From an uncultured Alphaproteobacteria bacterium (GTDB lineage Bacteria > Pseudomonadota > Alphaproteobacteria > Rhizobiales > Xanthobacteraceae), in assembly GCA_963816655.1 (NCBI GenBank), contig CAWFLW010000010.1, positions 89,512 through 153,511 on the forward strand: DNA of 64,000 bases, read 5' to 3'. Below, in pieces: positions 50,665-62,228 of the stretch. Under the pieces are notes generated by a model. The model worked only from the letters and a program-made list of their open reading frames with translations. It did not search any database and was not told the origin of the DNA. Both the position numbers and the translations under genes were made by a program. Within the stretch, counting starts at the first letter, position 1. Each line of letters starts with the position of its first letter.

Positions 50665-52545
50665 GCTTGCTCCATCCGCCGCCAGGCCTCCCGCAGCGCA
50701 GCCAGCGCATCGCCGCCGGCAAAGACAAAGCCGGAAACGCCTGCGCTGCGCAGAGCCGCCTCCTGTTCGCCGGCGCGGCCTGCCAGATAGATATGCCTTG
50801 CGCCGGCGCCGTGAAGGGCCTCGGCCGCCGCAATTGCGCGAGGCGGCATAGACCTTGTCCGAGGAACAAAGGCAGGCGAGCTTCGCGCCGGACGCCTTGA
50901 ACGCGGCGGCAAGTTTGACGGGATCGGCAAAACCCTCGGTGTCGACGGCTTCGATGCCGCCGGTCTCGAAGAAGCTTTTGGCAAAGGTCGCGCGCGCGGT
51001 GAAGTCGGCGGCAGTGCCGAGATTGGCCAGAAACACCTTTGGCCGCGCTGCCGGATCTTCTTCTTGATGGCATCCGAGCGGTCGCGCAGCGCCTCAAAGG
51101 GCGCGGCAAGCCGCATCGGCGTCAGCGGATCGAATTTGAACTTGGCCTCGCCATAGGGCGCGAGCGCAATCGGCTTGGCATCGAGCACGGCGATGTCGGC
51201 CTCGTGCAGGTTGGGAAATTCGCTGGCGCCGGTCAGCACGTCGCGGCGTTTGGCGATATTGGCCTCGCGCGCCGCACGGGTCGCCGCGACCTTGCGCTGG
51301 ATGACGTTTTGCTCCAGCGCCGCGAACAGCCCGCCGGCCTTTTCGGTCTCCTGGAACAGCGCCCACGCCGCGTCACAGAGTTCGCGGGTCAAGCGTTTCG
51401 ATGCCGCCGGAGCCGGCCGCGGGATCGCTGACCTTGGCGAGGTTGGATTCCTCCAGCAGTACGAGCTGCGTGTTGCGCGCGACGCGGCGGGCGAACGGAT
51501 CGGGCAGGCCCAGCGCCAGCGTGTGCGGCAGCACGGTGATGGCATTGGCGCCGCCAAGGCCTGCGGAGAAAGTCGCCATCGTCGCGCGCAGCATGTTCAC
51601 GAAGGCGTCGCGCTGGGTCAGCATCCGCCAGGCCGTCTGCGCATTCACGAAGATCGGCTTTGGTGCGAGAGCCACAGGCCTGCTCGATCGCGCGCCCAGA
51701 GCAATCGCAGCGATCGAAACTTTGCCAAGCGTGAGAAATTGATCGGCATCGGCACTGAGCCGGAATGACAGCGCGGCGCGGGCCGCGTCCAGTTCGATCC
51801 CTGCGGCCTTCCAGCGCGCGCAGATAGGCAAGGCCCGCTGCCAGCGTGAACGCCAATTCCTGCGCGTCCGATCCCCCGGCGTCATGCACCGGCCTGCCAT
51901 CGGCGAGCGCAAACGGCCCCTTGAAACCGCGTTTGATCAGGCCGGCGACCACCTTGCCGAACGGCCTTTCGAACTCTGCCCAGGAGGCTGCCGCATTGCC
52001 GCGCACCGCCATGGTGCTGAGCGCTTGATAGTTGAAATGGACGTCGACGGTGGCGGGATCGATTTTGCGGGCTTCGATGACATCGGCGAGGTTCTCGCCT
52101 GCGTTCTCGCGCCCGAGCACCGGATTGAGCGCAAGCATGACGCCGGCGTCGAGATAGATGCCGTCGCACAGCGCGCGCCAGCGTTTCCCGAGATGCATCG
52201 GCAATGCCAAAGCCCCGGGCGCCCGGTCCGCCGGCAAATTCGAATTCCAAGGCCGTGGCGCCGTTCTCGAGGTCGTGCAGCGCCTGCGCGTTGGCCTGCG
52301 CCGCATCGGGATGATCGATCCGCTGCATGATCTGCCAGGGCGCTGCGGCGCGCGCGCCCGGCAATCGGGGCAGCACCCTTGGCGCGGCTGTAGATCGGGT
52401 CGATCTTGATGCCGTCATAGGTCTTGCCGACCAGCTTTTCGAACGGCGCGCCCTTCAGCACGCCGTCGACGAGCTTCGTCCAGTCGTCCTGGGTGGCCGG
52501 CGCAAAGTCCGCGGCCAGCCGTAAATCATCGCTTGAGGTGGTCAT
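50661..52545 (-). CDS. Methylmalonyl-CoA mutase small (beta) subunit, several indels
   Basis: LAADFAPAT, KTYDGIKIDPIY, HDAGGSDAQELA, NMLRATMA, RRVARNTQLVLLEES, RLAAPFEALRD, LCSSDKVY. Confidence 0.88.
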
Positions 52546-52695
52546 CGTTTCCCGAAAATCGTTCTTCTGCATTGGGCCGGAAATTGCCATGCGCGGGCTG
52601 CCAAGCCAAACGCTGTTTTGGCGGTTTCCTGGCTGAGGGAGGACCCTATTCTACTTTGCATGGGGTTGTTTTAGCGATTTTAGGTGCGGCCGGCT

Positions 52696-53188
52696 TTAGG
52701 TAATATCCGGCAGCCGCTCGATACCGTCGGTGGAGAGCCCGGCCAGCGCGTCTCCGACGCGGCGTCCCGCAATGACGCGGTCGCGGCGCGATCTCGGCGA
52801 GCGGAACGAGCACGAACGCCCGCTCGAACAGCCGCGGATGGGGCAGGGTCAGCTCGCGCTTGCCGAGCCTGATGTCGTCATAGGCGAGCAGGTCGAGGTC
52901 GAGCGTGCGCGGTCCCCAATGCCGCTCGTGGGCGCGGTCGCGGCCGAACTTCTTCTCGATCTTGTGCAGCGTGAACAGCAGCGCATGGGGATCGAGGCCG
53001 GTCTCGATCTCGATGCAGGCGTTGACGAAGCGATCCTGCCCTTCGTCGCCCCATGGCGGGGTGGCATAGTCCGACGACCGCGCAATCAGCGCGGCCTGCG
53101 TCATGCCGCAGATATTGGCGATCGCCTTCTTGAAGGTGCCGCGGACGTCGCCGACATTGCCGCCGAGCGCGATCAGGACGCTGGCCAT
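52696..53188 (-). CDS. folK: 2-amino-4-hydroxy-6-hydroxymethyldihydropteridine diphosphokinase
   Basis: IALGGNVGD, WGPRTLDLDLL, LPHPRLFERAFVLVPLAEI. Confidence 0.93.
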
Positions 53189-53191
53189 GGG

Positions 53192-53570
53192 CTAGCCATT
53201 TGGCGGGTGCCGCGAACGCGTCAGCACCACGCCGACATCCTCGAAGATCGCGGCGATCGGCGCATGCGGCTTGTGCACGGTGACCTTGACGGCGCGGATG
53301 CGCGGAAAGGCCGCCAGGATGGCATCGGCGACCGCGCCGGCCGCGCGTTCCAGCAGCTTGTAATTCTTGTTCTTGAAGGCAGCGACCGCCGTCGTCACTA
53401 CATTGGCGTAGGAGACGGTGTCGGCAAGATGATCGGTGCGCGAGGAGTTCCGAGAGATCGGCGAACAGCTCGATGTCGATCACGAAGCGCTGGCCGACCT
53501 CGGTCTCGTGATCCATCACGCCGTGGCGGGCGTGGATGACGAGCCCCTTGATGAAGATGGTGTCGGTCAT
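53192..53570 (-). CDS. folB: Dihydroneopterin aldolase (indels)
   Basis: HARHGV..HE..VGQRFVID, KLLERAA, VHKPHAPI. Confidence 0.9.
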
Positions 53571-54421
53571 TGCAAATCCTCGATCGCCGCGGTTACGCGC
53601 AGCGCCTGCACGGTTTCGGCCACGTCATGGGCCCGGATGATTTTTGCGCCGTTTCGCACCGCGATCAGATGCGCCGCGATCGAGCCGCCGAGGCGCTGCT
53701 GACGGCTCCGACGGGGTGACGGTGGAGATGAAACGCTTGCGCGAGGCGCCGACCAGGACGGGCTGGCCGAGCGCGCAGAGCTCGCCAAGCCGCGCCAGCG
53801 CGTCATGCTCTGCTCCGGCGTCTTGCCGAAGCCGATGCCGGGATCGAGCACGATATTCTCGCGCGCAATGCCGGCTTTGTCGGCGATCTCGAGCGAGCGC
53901 GCGAAGTAGTCGGCAATATCCTTCATGATGTCGATCGCGGCATCCGCGCTGTCGCGGTTGTGCATGAGCACGACAGGCACGTTTCGCTCGGCGATCAGCC
54001 TCGCCATGCCGGAATCGCGCTGCAGGCCCCAGACGTCGTTGGCAATGGCGGCACCCTGGTCGAGCGCCCAGGCGACAACCGATCGGATTTCATGCTGTCG
54101 ATCGAGACGGGCACGCCGAGCGCGACCGCCTCGGCGAACACCGGCTGCAGCCGCCGCAGCTCTTCTTCGGCCGTTACCGGCTGCGAGCCATAGGGACGGG
54201 TGGATTCCGCGCCGATGTCGATGATGTCGGCGCCCTCGGTGACCATGCGGCGCGCCTGCGCCAGCGCGTCCTCGGGCGCGATGAAGGCGCCGCCGTCGGA
54301 GAAGGAGTCCGGCGTGATGTTGAGGACGCCCATCACGGCCGGATAAGGCCGCGCCAGCAGCGCCGGCAGCATCGCGCGACCGGCCTTGAGGCCACGGCGT
54401 CAGGTCTGGACGTGGTCGCAA
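53567..54421 (-). CDS. folP: Dihydropteroate synthase (indels; start approximate)
   Basis: MGVLNITPDSFSDGG, DIGAESTRP, ANDVWG, LDPGIGFGKT, RAHDVAE. Confidence 0.92.
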   Translation of the reverse strand: MRPRPDLTPWPQGRSRDAAGAAGAALSGRDGRPQHHAGLLLRRRRLHRARGRAGAGAPHGHRGRRHHRHRRGIHPSLWLAAGNGRRRAAAAAAGVRRGGRARRARLDRQHEIRSVVAWALDQGAAIANDVWGLQRDSGMARLIAERNVPVVLMHNRDSADAAIDIMKDIADYFARSLEIADKAGIARENIVLDPGIGFGKTPEQSMTRWRGLASSARSASPSWSAPRASVSSPPSPRRSRQQRLGGSIAAHLIAVRNGAKIIRAHDVAETVQALRVTAAIEDLQ

Positions 54422-54510
54422 TCATTCGGTCGCTTTGCGCGGTCCAAAGCGCCAAGTCAAGGATAAGTCAAGGTCGGGAAGGGGGCCGGAAGCGACCGGC
54501 CGGGAGGGTC

Positions 54511-54918
54511 TCAGTAGGTGATCTTGGGCTGCAGCTTGCGCGCCCGCTCGATCAACTGCTCGACCGACTTTTCGGAAGGAAGGATGCGGACGAGCTTGCG
54601 CCTGGTGTTCGCCTCTTTCATGCCCTGCGCCAGCCGGGCGGGGTTGCGCAGGCCGAGCTCGCGCACCGTGGTGACGCCGGCGGCGCGGATCAGCCCGATC
54701 TTGGCCTTGCCCATGCCGGCGATGCGCATGTGGTCGGCGAAGTTGGCCCACTCCAGCAGCTGCTGCTCGCTGATGCTGGTCTTGGCCGAGAGTTCCTTGC
54801 GGCCCTTTGCGGTGCGGGCTGCCTCAAGCAGCGCTTCGGCCGTGCGAATGCCGAGCGATTTGAGCTTCGAGGCGGAGTAAGCCGTCAGGCCTTCGATCGC
54901 GGAGAGGGGGTATGTCAT
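54511..54918 (-). CDS. DUF4332 domain protein (HhH-like)
   Basis: IEGL...LKSLGIRT, LLEWANFADHMRIAGMG, AAGVTTVREL..RNP. Confidence 0.85.
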   Translation of the reverse strand: MTYPLSAIEGLTAYSASKLKSLGIRTAEALLEAARTAKGRKELSAKTSISEQQLLEWANFADHMRIAGMGKAKIGLIRAAGVTTVRELGLRNPARLAQGMKEANTRRKLVRILPSEKSVEQLIERARKLQPKITY

Positions 54919-54956
54919 GGTGCTCGATGTGCAAAAGGATGCTGGGCCGTGAAGCT

Positions 54957-55328
54957 TTAGGCGGTGGCGAACTGGCTGAGGCCCGGCGTCCCCGAGATGA
55001 TCTCGCCCATCTGATCTGCTCCGATTTTGTCGCGCCCGAACCTGAAAAGTTCACGCGCGATGTCCTGAATCTGGCTGATGCCCAAGCCCAGCCCCATCAG
55101 CCGGGTGCCGACGGCCATCAGGCCGCCACCCATCAACCTGGAAAGACCACTCGCGTTGTCGGCGGAAGCAATCGCGGCCTCTGCGCCCGGAATCTTGTCG
55201 ATCAAGGCCTGGACTTTGTCGGAAGGACCCTCGCTGCGGAGGAACCCAAGGATAATGCCGACGGTTTTTTCAGCCACAGCATTATCGATGCCGGCCTTGG
55301 CGGCCAGCTGTCCTGTCAGTTCGTCCAT
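54957..55328 (-). CDS. Conserved hypothetical protein (DUF2267-like)
   Basis: AEKTVGIILGFL, IPGAEA, C-terminal PGLSQF. Confidence 0.75.
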   Translation of the reverse strand: MDELTGQLAAKAGIDNAVAEKTVGIILGFLRSEGPSDKVQALIDKIPGAEAAIASADNASGLSRLMGGGLMAVGTRLMGLGLGISQIQDIARELFRFGRDKIGADQMGEIISGTPGLSQFATA

Positions 55329-55679
55329 ATTTGCCCCGCCTCAGCCCGTTCGTTGCCGGACCCTTATCTCTCAATTCGATCTTGATCGTCGTGTGATACG
55401 AATTACAAGCGATGACCACATTTCAGGCAGAGTTTGGTCTGCTGATCGCGCGCCGAGTGTTGCAGCAATGCAAGATCAGTTGCGAATTTCGCAGAAGAAC
55501 TGTCGTCATCGCGGCGCCGATTTCAACTTTTGGGTGATGTCAGGGTGAGGAGTCGATCACCTTGCGGCCCTTTCGATCCCTTCTAAGGGGCTTTGACCGG
55601 TTTCAATCGCATTGCAAGATGCAGTATGGTTCACCACGATTGATTTGAACCCCTTAAGCTTACGCGAAGAGGCGATGCG

Positions 55680-57315
55680 ATGGCCGGGTCCGACAACAAG
55701 TTGGCCGATACTGCGGAGAAGGTCTTTATCGGGAAGGGCGAGCAGACGGCCTGGCTGTCGCTCGCGCTGGCCAACCGGCATGGCCTCGTCACCGGCGCCA
55801 CCGGCACCGGCAAGACGGTGACGCTGCAGGTGATGGCCGAAGGCTTTGCCCGCGCCGGCGTCCCCGTGTTCGCCGCCGACATCAAGGGTGACCTCTCCGG
55901 TATCGCGGCCACCGGCGAGGCCAAGGATTTCATCGTCAAGCGGGCAGATGAGATGGGGCTTGCCTTCCAGCCCGACCGGTTCTCGGCCGTGTTCTGGGAC
56001 GTGTTCGGCGAGCAGGGCCACCCGGTGCGCGCCACCGTCACTGAAATGGGACCGCTGCTGCTGTCGCGGATGCTCGACCTCAACGATGTGCAGGAAGGCG
56101 TGCTCAACGTCGCATTCCGTGTGGCGGACGAAAACGGCCTGACCCTGATCGACATGAAGGACCTGCGCGCGCTGCTCGATGCGATCGCGCCGGCGGCCGG
56201 CAAGAAGCGCCGACGACGAGGAAGACCACCTGGCCGACATCCGCAAGGCCGCGCAGGGCTACGGCAATGTCAGCAAGGCCACCGTCGGCACCATCCAGCG
56301 CCAGCTGCTGGTGCTGGAAAACCAGGGCGGTACAAAATTCTTCGGCGAGCCGGCGCTGACGCTGAAGGATTTCATGAAGACCGACAGCGACGGCCGCGGC
56401 ATGGTCAACATCCTGGTCGCCGACAAGCTGATGCAGAGCCCGCGGCTCTACGCCACGTTCCTGCTTTGGATGCTGTCGGAGCTGTTCGAGGAGTTGCCCG
56501 AGGCCGGCGACCTGCCGAAGCCGAAACTCGTGTTCTTCTTCGACGAGGCCCACCTGCTCTTCACCGATGCGCCGAAGGCGCTGCTGGACAAGATCGAGCA
56601 GGTGGTGCGCCTGATCCGCTCCAAGGGCGTCGGCGTCTATTTCGTGACGCAGAACCCGATCGACGTGCCCGACAAGGTACTCGCCCAGCTCGGCAATCGC
56701 GTGCAGCACGCGCTGCGCGCCTTCACCCCGCGCGACCAGAAGGCGGTGGCGGCCGCGGCGCAGACCTTCCGGCCCAACCCGAAACTCGACACCACCCGCG
56801 TCATCATGGAATTGGGCAAGGGCGAGGCGCTGGTGTCGTTCCTCGAAGGCGGCGGCACGCCGACGATGGTCGAGCGCGTCATGATCCGGCCGCCGTCGGC
56901 GCGGATCGGGCCGATCACGCCGGAAGAGCGCAAGGCGATCGCGAATGCGAGCCCGGTGAAGGGGAAATACGACACGACGATCGACGCCGAGTTCCGCCTA
57001 CGAGATGATCCAGAAGCAGGATTGCCGGCACCGCAGCGACCGCGGACAACACCGCCGATGGCGGGGGAGGCGGGAGGGCGGCGGCATTCTCGGACAGATC
57101 GGCGCGATCGTGGCGAACGATCTTCGGCACCAATGTCAAGCGCGGGCGGATGTCGACCGGGCAGGTCATTGCGCGCAAGTGTGACGCGCTCGGTCACCAA
57201 CCAGGTGATCGGAGGGCTTGCGGCCAATGTCGGCAAATCGGTCGCGGGCTCGCTCGGCGGCTCGGTCGGCCGCTCGCTGGTGCGCGGTGCGCTCGGCGGG
57301 TTGCTGCGGCGATAG
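55680..57315 (+). CDS. HerA-like P-loop ATPase, DUF853/YjgR family (indels)
   Basis: [49 protein letters not shown]. Confidence 0.92.
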
Positions 57316-57365
57316 TGCATGATCCGGAAGAGTGGGTACCGGTCTCCGACAAAGATCATGCGCAA
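57313..57365 (+). repeat. GCATGATC-family repeat starting at a TAG stop codon
   Basis: TAGTGCATGATCCGGAAGAGTGGGTACCGGTCTCCGACAAAGATCATGCGCAA. Confidence 0.75.
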
Positions 57366-57410
57366 TAGGCATCCGGTGCTTAGTCTTCTCCGGCATCAGG
57401 GGCGCGACGC

Positions 57411-58700
57411 GTGCTGAGATATCCCTCGTGGCGAGCGCCGCTCGACTGGCTGTTCCTGCTCTGCTGCGTCGCGCTGACCGCCTTCGTGCTCGTTCCGGAA
57501 ATCTTCGGCAACGGCAAGACCAAGGACTATCCGCTCTGGTACTGGGCCGGCCAGCAGGTGCTGCACGGGCTCGACCTCTATCCGAGCGATCCGGCAAAGC
57601 AGTTTGAATTCATCTATCCGCCGCTGCCGGCGGTGTTGCTCGCGATCCCTGCCTGGTTCGGCAAGATCCCGCTCTATCTCTGCCTGTCGCTGCTCAATGC
57701 GGCGGCCTGGTGGATGACGGGGCAGTTCGCCAATGCCATGACGGGATCGGGGAGGCCGCCGGGCCCCTGGCTGTTTGCGCTGCCGAGCTTCGTCACCATC
57801 ACCTTCATCTTCGATATGTTCGATCTTGGCCAGCCGAACCTCATGCTGCTGGCGCTGATGCTCTACGGCTTCTGGCTGCTGCGCGAGGCGAAGCCCTGGA
57901 TGGCGGGCAGCATGTTTGCGCTTGCGACCGCCATCAAGGTGTTTCCGGTCGCCGTACTTCCCTATCTGGTCTGGCGCCGGCAGTGGAAGGCGGTCGCAAG
58001 CACGCTGGTTTTCCTCGGCCTGTTCCTGTTCGTGGTGCCGGCGCCGTTCCGCGGCTTCGAGCACAATTTTGCGGAATTGAAGACCTGGTACCAGGGCATG
58101 GTGGGCTCAAGCTCGGAGAAGGGTTTTGGCCAGCGCGACGAGCAGAACTGGTCCTGGGTCAATCAATCCATCATCGCGGTGACGCACCGGCTGACCCGGC
58201 CGGTCAACTATTACCAGGACGAACCGAGCAGGCCGGCGCGGTATATGAATGTTATCGACGTCAGCTTCAGAACTGCGAACCTGATCGTCGTCGCGATTTC
58301 GTGCCTGATCGGTCTCGGCTTCATCGCCGTGATGCCGCCGGCCTCGCGACGAACCGAGCGTTCGGATGCAGAAGAGCTGGGGATACTGTTCTGCCTGATG
58401 ACGGTGGCCTCGCCTTTGGCGCGGCAATACTACTTCATGTGGCTGTTCTTGCCGATGACGGTGCTGATGCATCGCGCGGCGTTCGATCCGCGGCCGCGCG
58501 TGCAGGCCGGCACATGGGCGCTGCTGGCGCTGGCGGGAGGCCTGTTGCTGCTGTCACTGCCGCTGTTTCCGAACGAACTGCAGGCCTGGGGCAACAATCT
58601 CGCCGCCACGGCCGTGCTTGCGATAGGCCTTGCCTGGCATATCCGTCATCCGCCGCCTGTGGCCTGGCTTGCCACCGGCGACAGCCAAGCTACAACCTGA
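57411..58700 (+). CDS. Glycosyltransferase family 87 (DUF2029) membrane protein
   Basis: KDY..WY, FIYPP, GQPNL, AIKVFP, NQS. Confidence 0.85.
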   Translation: MLRYPSWRAPLDWLFLLCCVALTAFVLVPEIFGNGKTKDYPLWYWAGQQVLHGLDLYPSDPAKQFEFIYPPLPAVLLAIPAWFGKIPLYLCLSLLNAAAWWMTGQFANAMTGSGRPPGPWLFALPSFVTITFIFDMFDLGQPNLMLLALMLYGFWLLREAKPWMAGSMFALATAIKVFPVAVLPYLVWRRQWKAVASTLVFLGLFLFVVPAPFRGFEHNFAELKTWYQGMVGSSSEKGFGQRDEQNWSWVNQSIIAVTHRLTRPVNYYQDEPSRPARYMNVIDVSFRTANLIVVAISCLIGLGFIAVMPPASRRTERSDAEELGILFCLMTVASPLARQYYFMWLFLPMTVLMHRAAFDPRPRVQAGTWALLALAGGLLLLSLPLFPNELQAWGNNLAATAVLAIGLAWHIRHPPPVAWLATGDSQATT

Positions 58701-58739
58701 CGTCAATAACAATACGCGCCACCATCAAAGGGAACCGCC

Positions 58740-60140
58740 ATGGCCAACCCACAAGTTCAGCCTGTGCTCGACCAGATCGATGCCGACTTCGACAACAGCC
58801 TCGAGCGGCTGTTTGCGCTGCTGCGCATCAAGTCGATCTCGGCCGATCCGGCCCATGCGGAGGATTGCAAGGCGGCGGCAAATCATCTTGCCAGGGATAT
58901 CGCGAGCCTCGGCTTCAAGACCGACGTGCGGCCGACTGCCGGCCATCCCGCCATCGTCGCCAAGGCCAACGGCAATGCGGGCCGGCCGCATGTGCTGTTC
59001 TACGGTCATTATGACGTGCAGCCGGTCGATCCGCTCAATCTCTGGCACCGCCCGCCGTTCGAGCCGGTCGTCACCGATCACGCCGATGGCCGCAAGATCA
59101 TCGTCGCGCGCGGCGCCGAGGACGACAAGGGACAGCTGATGACCTTCGTCGAGGCTTGCCGGGCCTGGAAGAAGGTGACGGGCTCGCTGCCGGTCGACAT
59201 CACCATCCTGATCGAGGGCGAGGAAGAAATCGGCTCCAAGAATTTCGTGCCGTTCCTGGAAGCGAACAAGGGCGAGCTGAAGGCCGACTTCGCGCTGGTG
59301 TGCGACACCGGCATGTGGGATCCCAACACGCCGGCGATCACCACCTCGCTGCGCGGCTTGATGTATGACGAGGTCACCATCAAGGCGGCCAACCGCGATC
59401 TGCATTCCGGTGTGTTCGGCGGCGGCGCGCGCAACCCGATCCGGGTGCTGACCCACATCCTCGGCGGACTGTTCGACGACAACGGCCGCATCACCATTCC
59501 CGGCTTCTACGATGGCGTGAAGGACTTGCCGCCGGATATTCTGGCGCAGTGGAAGAACCTCAACCTGACGCCTGAGTCATTCCTGAAGCCGATCGGGCTG
59601 TCGATTCCCGCCGGTGAAAAGGATCGGTTGTTGATCGAGCAGGTCTCCTCGCGTCCGACCTGCGACATCAACGGCATCGTCGGCGGCTATACCGGCGAGG
59701 GCTCGAAGACGGTGATCCCGGCGGAAGCCTCGGCAAAAGTCTCGTTCCGTCTCGTCGAAGGACAGGACCCGCAGAAAATCAAAAAGGCGTTCCGCGACTA
59801 CGTCACCGCGCGGCTTCCCGCCGATTGCAAGGCCGTGTTCACCGAACACTCCAGCGGATCGGCAATTGCGCTCGACTGGAACATGAAGCCGCTCGCGGCC
59901 GCCAAGCGCGCGCTGACCGAGGAATGGGGCAAGGAAACGCTGCTGGTGGGCTCCGGCGCGTCGATCCCGGTTGTTGCCGACTTCAAGCGCACGCTCGGCC
60001 TCGACAGCCTGCTGATCGGCTTCGGTCTCGATGATGACAACATCCATTCGCCGAACGAGAAGTACGACCTGAAGAGCTTTCACAAGGGCATCCGCTCCTG
60101 GGCCCGCATCCTCGCCGCGCTGGCGGAAGTGCCGAAGTAA
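58740..60140 (+). CDS. M20/M25/M40 family dipeptidase
   Basis: YGHYDVQP, RGAEDDKG, EGEEEIGS, DLHSG, IHSPNEK. Confidence 0.93.
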   Translation: MANPQVQPVLDQIDADFDNSLERLFALLRIKSISADPAHAEDCKAAANHLARDIASLGFKTDVRPTAGHPAIVAKANGNAGRPHVLFYGHYDVQPVDPLNLWHRPPFEPVVTDHADGRKIIVARGAEDDKGQLMTFVEACRAWKKVTGSLPVDITILIEGEEEIGSKNFVPFLEANKGELKADFALVCDTGMWDPNTPAITTSLRGLMYDEVTIKAANRDLHSGVFGGGARNPIRVLTHILGGLFDDNGRITIPGFYDGVKDLPPDILAQWKNLNLTPESFLKPIGLSIPAGEKDRLLIEQVSSRPTCDINGIVGGYTGEGSKTVIPAEASAKVSFRLVEGQDPQKIKKAFRDYVTARLPADCKAVFTEHSSGSAIALDWNMKPLAAAKRALTEEWGKETLLVGSGASIPVVADFKRTLGLDSLLIGFGLDDDNIHSPNEKYDLKSFHKGIRSWARILAALAEVPK

Positions 60141-60162
60141 TTGCAGGCGAGGCCCCGAACGC

Positions 60163-60193
60163 AAAAACGCCGCCCGGAATTGGGCGGCGTTTT
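60163..60193. terminator. Bidirectional intrinsic terminator
   Basis: AAAAACGCCGCCC-ggaatt-GGGCGGCGTTTT between convergent genes. Confidence 0.8.
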
Positions 60194-60257
60194 GATTTCG
60201 TAGTGCAGAGGGTGTTGGCGAAGAGACTACACCAAATCCCCCGGAATTCAATGACCC

Positions 60258-61908
60258 TTACGGCGCGGGGATCGCCAGCAGGCTCGAGATGCTGCGGCCG
60301 CGGATGTCGTAGACGCGGGCGAACACGACATCGTCGCGCTTGATCTCGACCATCACGGGCGCGGTGAGGCCCTTGCAGTAGAACTCGCCGAGCGTCATGG
60401 CGAAGTCGGCAGCGTTGGAATCCCAGCCGATGGCGAAGTCAGGACCGAGCGCGACCTGCGCCGGGCGCTGCGGGCCGCATACCGCGACCTTCCACTTGCG
60501 GCCCTGCGGCGGTGCTTCCTGGCGCTCGTCGAGCTGCTCGCGCAGGCCGTCGGATGCCTGCTTCAGCGCGAGCCCCCAATAGTCCAGCATGAACAGATTG
60601 TCGGCGGTGCGCACGGTGCCGGCGATGTGGTTGAAGTGGGTGTATTGATAGGGATGCAGGCGGATCATCTCGCCGAGCGGCAGCAGCAGGCCGAACGCAA
60701 GCACGGCGACCGCCACCGGCTGCCAGCTCGCGCCGTTTCTCGCCGAGCCAGCCCATCACCCAGGCGAAGGCGACGCCGGCCAGCACCGTCATCGCCGGAA
60801 TGACGAAGATGAAGTGGCGGATGCCGTTGTAGAGCGCCGGGCGCTTCACCATGGCGATGACGAGCGGCAGCGTCGCAGCCAGCGTCAGCATCAACAGGAT
60901 GCTCTTGCGCCTGCTGTCGACATCCTTGCGCGACAGCAATGTGAACGTACCGGCGATACCGAATGTCAGGAGCCCGAGCAGCACTTCCGGCAGTTGCAGT
61001 GCGAACAGCGTCGGCAGATAGGACCACGGCATGTCCGGCACCGAAACCAGCGCGCCGTCGAACATCTCCTTCCACGGCTTTTCGAAGAAGTGCGAGAAGT
61101 AGGTCAGCGCATGCAGCGGATTGGCGGGCTCCATGATCGACCACGGCCACACCAGCCCCATCACGAGGTAGCCGAACACGAGGCCGGGCAGCAGCACATA
61201 GATGACGTGCGCGAAGCGGTGCGCGGCCTCGCGTCCGCCGTGGCTGCGGACTTCTTGAGCAAACAGCGGCAGGAAGCCGATCGTGGCATAGACGAGCGCA
61301 AGCCCGCCGAGCATGCGGCAGCCGATCGCAAGGCCGGCGCCGATGCCGACGATCAGGATGGTGCGCGGCGAGGGCTGCGGATATTCCTCGGCAAGCCGCA
61401 CGAGGCCGAGCATCAGGACGACCATCGAGACCGCAAACGGCGCGTCCTTTGGATTCATGAACATGTGGCCGTAGAAGGTCGGGCACAATGCGAGCAGCAG
61501 CAGCGCTGCAAGTCCGGCAAGCGGCCCGCCGACGCGGCGCGCCAGGCGCCACGTCACCGCAAGCCCGACTAGGCCGACGACGGCGCCGAGCAGGCGGCGC
61601 GTCTCGAACAATTCCAGCGGGATGATCTTGTGCAGCAGCGCGGCCGCCATGTCGAAGCCGCCGCCATACATGTAGAGATTGGCAAAGGAGAGCGCGGCCT
61701 GATCCTTGAAGCCGGTGCCGTACATCCGCAGCAGCAGTTCGGCGTATTCGGCGTGGGTATAATCATCCCAGCCGAGACCGTAATCGCGGAACGTCAGCCC
61801 AGCGACAATGGCGACCACGCCCAACACAAATAAGGCAAGATCGTCACATGTTCGTTCGACCGAGCGCCGTGCCGGCGTGTCGATGACCGAAGTCGTGATG
61901 GATGACAT
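60258..61908 (-). CDS. GT-C membrane glycosyltransferase (GT39/ArnT-like); indel near 60730
   Basis: DYGLGWDD, PTFYGH.FMNPKD, LYNGIRH, HPYQY..FN, DYWG. Confidence 0.82.
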
Positions 61909-62228
61909 GGCTACTGGTAACCCGGCGTCCCTTGGCTCAGCGAGTGGCGCTTGTGAGCCTCTTCCCCGGCTTTCATATAGCGCAAGTTCCGTTTCCAAGT
62001 AATTGGTAATTGTGGCGTAATTCGCCTGATGCGCCGCAGCATAGGGTTACATCGCGGAAAGCTTAACGGCCCGCGACCGCCGAATTGGAACCTGGCGCCG
62101 ACTTCCCCGTAAGACCCCGGAGGCCGATGTGCGCAGAACCGCAATTGGCCGTTGGCGATGCCCATAATATGACGGTATCGTGGCGTGGCGGTTGCGCCCG
62201 GTTTTCCTGTGGCGCGGGGGTAGGTTCG

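Noticed and set aside
55680-57315. HerA-like ATPase as an anti-phage system (HerA-Sir2/NurA etc.)
   Set aside because: Motifs match the housekeeping-like DUF853/YjgR family and no nuclease or effector gene is adjacent.
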